From positions 192,001-256,000 of the forward strand of contig JAXCHI010000004.1 in NCBI GenBank assembly GCA_033977065.1: DNA of 64,000 nucleotides. Direction: 5' to 3'. A program made the position numbers and the translations under genes. The first letter of the stretch is position 1. Every line of letters starts with the position of its first letter. Shown one piece after another: positions 1-7,258 of the stretch. The DNA is from Candidatus Algichlamydia australiensis. GTDB lineage: Bacteria; Chlamydiota; Chlamydiia; Chlamydiales; JAJFMI01. The notes beneath the pieces are model-generated. The model did not search any database. It was not told where the DNA came from and worked only from the letters and a program-made list of their open reading frames with translations.

Positions 1-533
1 TTTCCATCATCGATAACTTCAGCAGGGGCTCCATCTATGGCGTAATAAGTATGAAAGCCGATAACAGACGGCTTGTCACTTTCAACAGAGTAGTGAAAAA
101 GCAGACCCCACGGCATTAGAGTTGCTTCCAAGTGCATTTCAAAATCAAATCCTTCCAGCTTGCGCAGGGGGATGCCGGCAACCTCACTTGATGATTTAAG
201 TTTTGCTTTGATCTGAGTGGAACTTGCTTCATATTCCCAAGGGACATAGCGCGCGATACCGTGAGAGAAGGGCTCTTTTGTGCCATGTTTTTTGATTCGC
301 TGAATATGAGGGAAGGCGACTTGGTTAAAATCTGTAGGAATTTCAAAGGCTTCGCGATGGTGAAAGTGCGGACCAATGAGGGCACCAAGGCCAGCAAAGC
401 GCTCTTCAAAAAGCGGGAGAGTGCTCTGGTCGATTACTTCGACATCACCTCGTTTAAAGCTGAGCAAATTCATGCCGCACTCCGGGGCAAAAGTCGCTTC
501 AAAAGAGTTATTTGTGAGTCTGATTTTTTTCAT
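1..533 (-). CDS. Aldose 1-epimerase/galactose-mutarotase-like protein, runs off the window edge (missing from ORF track)
   Basis: Manual translation from ATG at 533: MKKIRLTNNSFEATFAPECGMNLLSFKRG...PFSHGIARYVPWE...SVIGFHTYY. HG and GxHxY motifs fit the mutarotase fold; frame open to the window edge. Confidence 0.65.
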   Translation of the reverse strand, partial: MKKIRLTNNSFEATFAPECGMNLLSFKRGDVEVIDQSTLPLFEERFAGLGALIGPHFHHREAFEIPTDFNQVAFPHIQRIKKHGTKEPFSHGIARYVPWEYEASSTQIKAKLKSSSEVAGIPLRKLEGFDFEMHLEATLMPWGLLFHYSVESDKPSVIGFHTYYAIDGAPAEVIDDG

Positions 534-1131
534 GCGGTTTTCCTACGAAGATCGCAAAGCGAACATGGTCTTGAACTTCAGGGGAGACGAGCGTAATTTC
601 CCAATGTTTAGCTACCTGATCGATCCACCACTGCCGTGACTTTAATGTGAGGTGAAGTGTCTCACCAATCAGCTCGCCAAACGGCTCCTCCTCTAAATAA
701 ATTTGTAACATACCGCCCTTTTTCGTGCGGCTTGCCATGTTGTGAAGAGCGGCATCAACGCGCTCTTCAGGTAGGTGCTCCAAAAGGTCTGCAGAAAAAA
801 TCCAATCCGTTTTGACGACTTCTTCGGGTAGCTCCCAGACAGAGGCCTCAATAAAACTCACACGCTCATCGATATGACAGAGAGTTTTTATAGATTCGTC
901 CAGCGCATTTTTTGTGATATCAACAAGCTGAACGTGCATGCCATTGCCTAAAAAGCGTAGCGCGGCGCGGCCGGTACCGCATCCAAAATCTGTTACCGAT
1001 TCGCCTTTGGAGTTTTTTGCAAAATAAAAAAACAGTTTTGCAAGTTTATAGCCGGGGGAGCTATTGCGATAGCGTTTGTCTTGCCAAATTTTTTTGTACT
1101 TTTCTTTTTCAGAGAGTGTAATCGGGTCCAT
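508..1131 (-). CDS. Class I SAM-dependent methyltransferase
   Basis: VTDFGCGTGR motif I, acidic LVDI strand, DLLEHLP motif. Confidence 0.85.
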   Translation of the reverse strand: MDPITLSEKEKYKKIWQDKRYRNSSPGYKLAKLFFYFAKNSKGESVTDFGCGTGRAALRFLGNGMHVQLVDITKNALDESIKTLCHIDERVSFIEASVWELPEEVVKTDWIFSADLLEHLPEERVDAALHNMASRTKKGGMLQIYLEEEPFGELIGETLHLTLKSRQWWIDQVAKHWEITLVSPEVQDHVRFAIFVGKPHEKNQTHK

Positions 1132-2194
1132 TGCCTATTCGTGATTGGGCTTGTTGAATTGCTTTATGTAATCTTTCTTGAAGGATTTCTTTTGGAGGTA
1201 GTACTGTAACATACTCTGCAACATGAATTCCAGATGAACTGAGCTCGAGAAGTTCAATTTGCTCTTCTTTTTTTCCTGCGCATAAGATTAAGCCAATAGG
1301 AGGATTTTCACCAGTTCGTCGCTCATGCTTGTCTAGCCAACGTAGGTAGAGCTCCATTTGACCTTTATGCTCTGCTTTGAAGTCACCAAGTTTAAGATCT
1401 ATAACAACTAATCTATTCAAATCTCTATGGAAAAAAAGCAAGTCTATATGAAAATCTTCGTTATCAATGATAATCCGTTTTTGTCTCGCTAAAAAGCAGA
1501 ACCCTGATCCTAATTCTAATAAAAACATTTCTAGTTCTCTCATGATTGCATCTTCGAGGTCGCGTTCTAGATAACGATCATTGAGGTTTAAAAATTCAAG
1601 TACATAAGGATTCTGAAAAACTAAACTTTGAGAGAGTTTGTTTTCGTTTTGTAGTTCATGAAGTTCTTTCTTGGCAATAAGCTCCGATTTTTTTGAAATA
1701 GCAGTGCGTTCAAAAAGAAGAGAATTAATTTTTTTTCGAAGTATTCTAACACTCCATCCTTCAATACGACACATTTGCGCATAGAATTCTCTTTTCATTT
1801 GGTCCTTGATTGGAATAAGGACAGTAAAATGTGTCCAGCTCAATTGTCGTGTCAGTGAAACGACAATTTCCTTGCAAGGGAAAATTTGAGCAAATTGCAT
1901 CATTCTGCGCAAGTTTTTAACTGTGAAACTATTTCCAAATTCAGTGGTTAGTTGGCATGATAGAGAGGTTATAATATTCTCTCCATATTTAGCCCTTTTT
2001 CCTTTTAAAATTTCATTGTTGATGCGGAGGCCCACACGCCAAAAAAGCAATATGAGGCTAGAGTTGGTTGAGAAAGTGATTGCTTTTTTTGTGCTGTCAA
2101 TCATCTCCCGGAGATCTTCTAGCAACTCTAAATTGGATCCAACAGATTTAGATAAAAGCTCTTGATGCATAGCTATTTGTATAGCATGCATCAT
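1109..2194 (-). CDS. yhcG: YhcG/DUF1016 family PD-(D/E)xK nuclease
   Basis: LSWTHF, REFY, WSVR, ERDLE, ELGSGFCF, IDLLFFHR, GQMELY, PIGLILC motifs typical of DUF1016. Confidence 0.9.
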   Translation of the reverse strand: MMHAIQIAMHQELLSKSVGSNLELLEDLREMIDSTKKAITFSTNSSLILLFWRVGLRINNEILKGKRAKYGENIITSLSCQLTTEFGNSFTVKNLRRMMQFAQIFPCKEIVVSLTRQLSWTHFTVLIPIKDQMKREFYAQMCRIEGWSVRILRKKINSLLFERTAISKKSELIAKKELHELQNENKLSQSLVFQNPYVLEFLNLNDRYLERDLEDAIMRELEMFLLELGSGFCFLARQKRIIIDNEDFHIDLLFFHRDLNRLVVIDLKLGDFKAEHKGQMELYLRWLDKHERRTGENPPIGLILCAGKKEEQIELLELSSSGIHVAEYVTVLPPKEILQERLHKAIQQAQSRIGNGPDYTL

Positions 2195-2282
2195 GATTTT
2201 TTTTAAGTTTTTTTAGATAGCGTCGTCAAAAGGCTATAATCAGATTATTTTTCATGTTTGTAGCTTATTTTTGTGCGGAAAT

Positions 2283-2310
2283 TGAAGCTGAATTTGTAAA
2301 TTCCGCTTCA
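2283..2310. promoter_or_regulatory. Inverted repeat between the basic-protein gene and yhcG (terminator or operator)
   Basis: TGAAGCTGAATTT-gt-AAATTCCGCTTCA, 13-bp arms with one mismatch. Confidence 0.4.
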
Positions 2311-2371
2311 TTTGAGCACAAAAATGGAGCCCAAACATGAAAAATAAGATGGCTGTATGCTTTTGACAACG

Positions 2372-2722
2372 CTATCTAGGACCTGTTGCGGGTTTGTTAG
2401 CGGGCCATAGAATCTTGCGCGCCCAGTGGTTGGCGCTCCATGGATCGTTTTTAGTTAACTCTCCGGCCTTATTGCGAATTCCAGCGCTTCGCGAAAGATA
2501 ATTTTTCTTCGCCTCTTTGCTGTAATTGTGACCATATCCCACAGCACCAAAATGAATCAATTTAACGCGACGCTCTCCATTTACCGTTTTTGCTGCTAAA
2601 ACCATCATTTTCTTGGATTTAGAGGTAGATTTTACAGGATGGTTCAATTTCCAAAGCCGACCGTTATATTCGTAGAGGTTTCCGACTTTTTTGAGATCTT
2701 TAACACGTTTTCCCATTTGCAT
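2372..2722 (-). CDS. Small basic protein resembling phage/NCLDV DUF5754-like proteins
   Basis: KKMMVLA...LIHFGAVGY...KKNYLSRSAGIRNKAG...WSANHWARKILW pattern; Lys/Arg-rich; AAGGAG Shine-Dalgarno upstream. Confidence 0.65.
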   Translation of the reverse strand: MQMGKRVKDLKKVGNLYEYNGRLWKLNHPVKSTSKSKKMMVLAAKTVNGERRVKLIHFGAVGYGHNYSKEAKKNYLSRSAGIRNKAGELTKNDPWSANHWARKILWPANKPATGPR

Positions 2723-2774
2723 AAGAATCTCCTTTTAGTTAAGTTTATTATATAATATATCCAATAAAATTATT

Positions 2775-3155
2775 ATGTCTAATGCAAAGAAAAACAAACC
2801 CAAATTATGGGAGAGGGTGAAAAATAAAGTGATGTCGGCTGCAAAAGGAGGCAAGGCTGGGCAGTGGTCGGCGCGTAAAGCGCAGATTGCAACAGCTTTA
2901 TATAAAAAAATGGGGGGAGGTTACATTGGGAAAAAACGATCTGATAATTCATTAAAGAAGTGGACTGAGCAAGAGTGGGACTATGTAGGAGAACCGAAAA
3001 AAAGTCGCTATTTGCCAAAGAGAGCGGCCGAAAAATTGACCCCAGGAGAAAAAGCTGCTACTAGCCGGGCGAAAAATCGTGGTACTAAAGAGGGGAAGCA
3101 GTTTGTGAAACAGCCCTCAAATGTGGCCAAAAAAACGGCAAAATATCGTAAATAA
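2775..3155 (+). CDS. Small basic protein resembling phage/viral DUF5872-like proteins
   Basis: KGGKAGQWSARKAQ...YKKMGGGY...SLKKWTEQEW...RYLPK...EKAATSRAK...GKQFVKQP pattern; Lys-rich. Confidence 0.7.
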   Translation: MSNAKKNKPKLWERVKNKVMSAAKGGKAGQWSARKAQIATALYKKMGGGYIGKKRSDNSLKKWTEQEWDYVGEPKKSRYLPKRAAEKLTPGEKAATSRAKNRGTKEGKQFVKQPSNVAKKTAKYRK

Positions 3156-3211
3156 TTCTTTTATTTTGCCGGAAAAATCTAAGCTGTAGTATATTGGAAC
3201 CATTCTGATGT

Positions 3212-3287
3212 GGGGGCTTAGCTCAGTTGGTAGAGCGTCTGATTTGCATTCAGAAGGTCAGGAGTTCGACTCTCCTAGCCTCCACCA
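3212..3287 (+). tRNA. tRNA-Ala(TGC)
   Basis: GGGGGCT/AGCCTCC acceptor stem with G3:U70, anticodon arm TCTGA-TTTGCAT-TCAGA, GTTCGA T-loop, encoded CCA. Confidence 0.97.
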
Positions 3288-3299
3288 TTTTCACCATGT

Positions 3300-3373
3300 G
3301 CGGTTATAGCTCAGTTGGTTAGAGCGCGACACTGATAATGTCGAGGTCCCTAGTTCGAGTCTAGGTAACCGCA
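3300..3373 (+). tRNA. tRNA-Ile(GAT)
   Basis: GCGGTTA/TAACCGC acceptor stem, CGACA-CTGATAA-TGTCG anticodon arm, GTTCGA; CCA not encoded. Confidence 0.97.
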
Positions 3374-3383
3374 TTCCTTCAGA

Positions 3384-3617
3384 TTAATCTCTTTGAACCC
3401 GCATTTGCCCAAGCCGCTCTGATCCTGCAAGAGCTGCCATGGCAGCAATGTTTGAAAAGTTTACTATAGCGTAACTACGTGTGCTCTCAAGCTCTCCTTC
3501 CCCCCTCTCTTGTCTAAGGTTGCTTCTTGTTGTGTCTGTCGGTTGCCCTTCGATTTGGTTAGGCTGGGCTTTTGGTGGAATTCCTTCTCCAGATGTTACT
3601 GTTGGTCCAACTCGCAT
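3384..3617 (-). CDS. Small hypothetical protein
   Basis: 77-aa ORF with AAGGA Shine-Dalgarno and an AT-rich upstream region. Confidence 0.5.
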   Translation of the reverse strand: MRVGPTVTSGEGIPPKAQPNQIEGQPTDTTRSNLRQERGEGELESTRSYAIVNFSNIAAMAALAGSERLGQMRVQRD

Positions 3618-3732
3618 AATTTATCCTTTTTTATTATAACTATTAATTTTTAAATATTAATTATAATAAAAAATTAATAAAATAACAAAAATTTTAATAA
3701 GTGATTAATTATTAATTGTTTGCAAATTACGT

Positions 3733-3924
3733 TTAGGAGGATTTGCGAATGGTTTCTAACAATTCTTGCAAAAAGCGCTCTACTTCTGCGTTCAAATCAG
3801 AATTTGATAGAGGGCTTACGGAACGCCTTCCTCCCTCAATTTGAAGAGGGGGAGTCTCTTTTTCACCTTCTTCTAGTCGTTGAAAAGATTGTCCTTCAGG
3901 TAAAGGATTAATTCCGGAAGGCAC
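3733..3924 (-). CDS. Small hypothetical protein
   Basis: 63-aa ORF with GTG start directly downstream of the EamA gene, same strand. Confidence 0.4.
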   Translation of the reverse strand: MPSGINPLPEGQSFQRLEEGEKETPPLQIEGGRRSVSPLSNSDLNAEVERFLQELLETIRKSS

Positions 3925-3936
3925 AATACAACCTAC

Positions 3937-4866
3937 TCATGTGGTTTTGGAAAGAATATAGCCTTGAGAGAGCTCTGCTTTGTATACAAGGTAGAGTCCA
4001 GTTCCAATGATGGAGGTGGCAATGATGATTGGTGGAGAGAAGCTCTCTCCCAAGATAAGCCAACTTGCGATCGAGGCGAAGATAGGGCTAAGCAAGCCAA
4101 CAAAAGAGAGAAAGGTAGCTGTAAGCTTTCGTAGCAAATAGCCATAGAGGTTGTAGCCGATGACATTTGAGAGCAGAGCAGAGAGAAGCATCACTTTTGT
4201 TAGCGGCCACCAGCTGCCAGCTAAAACTGGTGTGGGGGTCCAGCTTTCCGTTAAAAAGGAGTGGCCAAGGGCCATTGCTCCACCAATAAGCATACTCGTT
4301 GCATTAGCCATAAGGGGAGAGACTGAATCCTCTTTTACCGACATGCGGAGCAGAACCCAGCCGTAAACAGAAAAAAGGGCTGCACCAATGATGGCAAGCT
4401 CGGGCCAGCTGATAAAGCCAAAGGCTTTTAAGAAGCCTTCTGAGCCTGTTTGAGTGAGTAAGACAGGTATAATGCCGCAAAATCCGATCGACATCCCGAT
4501 CCACTTTCGCATATTCATCTTTTCGTTAAAGTGCAGATAGGAGAAAAAAGCAGTGAAAAATGGAGAGAGGCTGTAGATAAAGCACGCTTTTCCAGCAGTA
4601 AGGTGGCCTAATCCCCAGTATTCTAAAATATTTGTTAGGTAGATACTAAAAAATCCAAGGATCGTTAGGGAAAGGAGTTGTTTTTTACTAATACGAAAAG
4701 ATTTGCGATCAGTAAAAAAAAGAATACTATAAATCATTGCTGAGCCAAGCAGCATGCGAAAAGCGGTCAAAAAGATCGGGGGACAGAATTCTAGGGCGTA
4801 TTTCCCTAGAGGAAAGCTCATCGACCAGATGGCGTAAAGAAGTATAGATAACCCGATAGATAACAT
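3937..4866 (-). CDS. DMT/EamA transporter, chlamydial SAM/SAH carrier-like (CT580 type)
   Basis: About 10 TM segments; YLTNILE, ACFIYSLSPF, SNVIGYNLY, TFLSF and C-terminal QGYIL motifs recalled from the Chlamydia SAM carrier. Confidence 0.75.
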   Translation of the reverse strand: MLSIGLSILLYAIWSMSFPLGKYALEFCPPIFLTAFRMLLGSAMIYSILFFTDRKSFRISKKQLLSLTILGFFSIYLTNILEYWGLGHLTAGKACFIYSLSPFFTAFFSYLHFNEKMNMRKWIGMSIGFCGIIPVLLTQTGSEGFLKAFGFISWPELAIIGAALFSVYGWVLLRMSVKEDSVSPLMANATSMLIGGAMALGHSFLTESWTPTPVLAGSWWPLTKVMLLSALLSNVIGYNLYGYLLRKLTATFLSFVGLLSPIFASIASWLILGESFSPPIIIATSIIGTGLYLVYKAELSQGYILSKTT

Positions 4867-4888
4867 GAGCCTATTTTATCACGGTTTT

Positions 4889-6016
4889 TTAAATTTTGTC
4901 TTCCATAATTTGCGCGCGGTACTCCTTCATAAGCTCGACCATGTAGTGGAGATTGTGGATAGAGGCAAGGGTTAGTCCGGTAATTTCTTTAGCTTTAAAG
5001 AGGTGGTGCAGGTAGGCGAGGGTGTATTTTTTGCAGGTGGGGCAGGTGCAATTTTCCTCAATAGGACTAAAAATATTTTTATACTTACCGCTAGAAATTT
5101 TAAGATTTCCCTTCTTCGTCAGAAGGGTTCCATGACGAGCAGCTTTGGTTGGGTAGGAGCTATCAAAGGTATCAATTCCAAGGGGGATTGATGCAGCAAG
5201 TGAGGGAAGATCACCGATGCCTAGCAAATGATTAGGAGCTTCTTTTGGCAGGCGTGGGACTGTTTGTGAAAGCATCTCAATCATCTCATCTTTTGTTTTA
5301 CCAACACTGCCACCAATGGCAAAACCATCGAAAGCAAGATCGGTCAAGAAGTCACAACTTTTTTTTCTTAATTCAGGATCAACCCCACCGTGAACGACGG
5401 CGTACATTGCTTGTGAGTTGGGATTTTTTTTGTGCTCAAGCAGAGAGCGTTTTTCCCAGCGATGGGTGCGTTCTAAAGATTTGATCAGTGCATCGCGCTT
5501 GATGTGGTAGGGGGGCAGTTCATCAAAGGGGATGATGATGTCAGCGCCAAAGTCTTTTTGTGCGCGCACAGAAGTTTCAGGCGTTAAAAGCAATTTTTTG
5601 CCGTCACGATAAGAGCGAAAAAGAACGCCCTCCTCATTGATTTTTAGAACAGAGCCACCCGCTTTTTTTGTCCCTTGGCTCTTCAGTTCCGAAGCGACAG
5701 AGCCGTAGGCTAAACTAAAGACTTGAAAGCCTCCAGAATCGGTAATAATCGGGAAAGTGCGATTCATAAATTTATGCAAACCACCCGCTTTTTTTACGAT
5801 CTCTTGTCCCGGTTGAAGCATTAAGTGGTAGGTGTTGCAAAACATGAGCTGCAAGCCAATTTCGTTGACTGTAGTGTTATCAAGCGTTTTGAGTGTGCCA
5901 TTTGTGCCAACTGCAACAAATCCGGGTGTGTCGATAATACCGTGCGGGGTATGAATGCGACCGACACGTGCGCGCGACTTTTTGGATTCATGAAGAATTT
6001 CAAATTTAAACGACAT
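4889..6016 (-). CDS. tgt: tRNA-guanine transglycosylase (chlamydial type)
   Basis: NTYHL, TDSGGFQVFSL, CTCPTC zinc site, AYLHHL, SIHNL. Confidence 0.97.
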   Translation of the reverse strand: MSFKFEILHESKKSRARVGRIHTPHGIIDTPGFVAVGTNGTLKTLDNTTVNEIGLQLMFCNTYHLMLQPGQEIVKKAGGLHKFMNRTFPIITDSGGFQVFSLAYGSVASELKSQGTKKAGGSVLKINEEGVLFRSYRDGKKLLLTPETSVRAQKDFGADIIIPFDELPPYHIKRDALIKSLERTHRWEKRSLLEHKKNPNSQAMYAVVHGGVDPELRKKSCDFLTDLAFDGFAIGGSVGKTKDEMIEMLSQTVPRLPKEAPNHLLGIGDLPSLAASIPLGIDTFDSSYPTKAARHGTLLTKKGNLKISSGKYKNIFSPIEENCTCPTCKKYTLAYLHHLFKAKEITGLTLASIHNLHYMVELMKEYRAQIMEDKI

Positions 6017-6683
6017 GAGGCTTCCTTATTCGTTTTGCAAGCACGATAAATGGAGTCATGCTAGCTGCTACAAGCATTTTTACAAGGTAGCTGACAATCA
6101 TAATGGGGATGATCGAGTGTACGATTCCTTTGAGAGCTAAAATAGAGAAGAGCACAGTATCAAGAAGTTGAGAAACACTTAAAGAGATGAGGTTGCGAAA
6201 AACAAGAAGTTTTTTATCCCATCGTTTTTTCATCCAACCGTAAAAAGCCATATCAAAACGCAGAGTAGAAAAAGAGACAACTAGAGAGGTAACAAGGATA
6301 CGAGGGGAGTGCTGTAAAATCTGTGCATACGCGCTATGGTGTATGTCGTGAGGGCTTGGTCTATAAAGGAGATGAAATTGTCCTAGAAGAGCAAAGAGTG
6401 TAAGTAGAAAAAAGCTGCAGCGAATCGCTTTTTTTGCTAAGTCCCTTCCCCAATACTCCTGAACAAGGTTCAATGAGAGAATACAACCGATTGTCATCGC
6501 CTCTGTGCAGGTGATTGTGAAGCCAAAAAAGTCGATCTGCTTAATAACAAAAAGATTTGCCGTAATAATCAATAGGCAAAAAGTACTTATTAACGTCTCT
6601 TTCCCGAGGCGCAGAGCAAAGATAATAGCGGTGATGACCAGGAGAATATGGCCTAAAAAGAGAAGCTCATTGGAAAAGAAGAT
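6006..6683 (-). CDS. yhhQ: Queuosine precursor transporter (YhhQ/VUT family); start codon uncertain
   Basis: ANLFVIKQI, EYWGR, SQLLDTVLF motifs; overlaps tgt start; no in-frame ATG near the expected N-terminus, candidate ATC at 6683. Confidence 0.8.
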   Translation of the reverse strand: MFFSNELLFLGHILLVITAIIFALRLGKETLISTFCLLIITANLFVIKQIDFFGFTITCTEAMTIGCILSLNLVQEYWGRDLAKKAIRCSFFLLTLFALLGQFHLLYRPSPHDIHHSAYAQILQHSPRILVTSLVVSFSTLRFDMAFYGWMKKRWDKKLLVFRNLISLSVSQLLDTVLFSILALKGIVHSIIPIMIVSYLVKMLVAASMTPFIVLAKRIRKPHVV

Positions 6684-6975
6684 CTTGTAACTCTCCTGTT
6701 TGGTGCAATTGTTCCACAATATCGCAGCCGCCGATGAATTTTCCACGGATGTAGAGTTGTGGGAGAGTCGGCCAGTTAGAAAACTCTTTAATTGCTTGGC
6801 GCAAAGTATCGTCTTGCAGAACGTCGCGCGTTTCAAATGCAACACCAGAGCGCTTTAAAATATCAACAACGCGAGCGGAGAAGCCGCACATAGGTAAATT
6901 TTTGTTTCCCTTCATATAAAGAATTACAGGGAAATCTTTGACATCTATAGCGATTTTTTTAAGTGTTTGTTCCAT
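6667..6975 (-). CDS. grxD: Monothiol glutaredoxin Grx4 family
   Basis: MKG...PMCGFS, FSNWPTLPQLY, GGCDI. Confidence 0.95.
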   Translation of the reverse strand: MEQTLKKIAIDVKDFPVILYMKGNKNLPMCGFSARVVDILKRSGVAFETRDVLQDDTLRQAIKEFSNWPTLPQLYIRGKFIGGCDIVEQLHQTGELQDLLFQ

Positions 6976-7210
6976 TTTTCTCCTTTGGCGTAAAAGTTTT
7001 CAGACCTAAAGCGTGTAAATTTGTAGCAAAATTTGTTTTTAATGCGTTCATCACCATCTGGTGGCGTTCGATTAAAGACATTCCTTCAAACTCTTTCGCA
7101 ATAACGACCGCTTCAAAGTGGGCATTATCACACATGGGATCAGAGACTTCGATTTCTGCCCCTGGCAAGATTTCAAGAATCTTCTCTCTAATTTCAACTT
7201 GTATACTCAT
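6959..7210 (-). CDS. bolA: BolA/IbaG family protein
   Basis: HFEAVVIAKEFEGMSLIERHQMV, LHALGLKT; adjacent to grxD; start placed at MSIQVE. Confidence 0.9.
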   Translation of the reverse strand: MSIQVEIREKILEILPGAEIEVSDPMCDNAHFEAVVIAKEFEGMSLIERHQMVMNALKTNFATNLHALGLKTFTPKEKNGTNT

Positions 7211-7258
7211 AGAGAAGTAGCATAACATTCTGTACAAATTTTTCCTACCCTTGCAATA

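Noticed and set aside
116..639. Short ORFs 116-409, 261-596 and 376-639, and other short ORFs nested in or antisense to housekeeping genes
   Set aside because: They overlap better-supported genes and carry no recognisable motifs
2723..2774. Sigma-28 late promoter for the basic-protein pair
   Set aside because: A TAAGTTT-like -35 is present but there is no convincing -10 element at the right spacing
3212..3373. tRNA-Ala/tRNA-Ile pair as an rRNA operon spacer
   Set aside because: No 16S or 23S sequence flanks the pair; both sides are protein-coding or AT-rich
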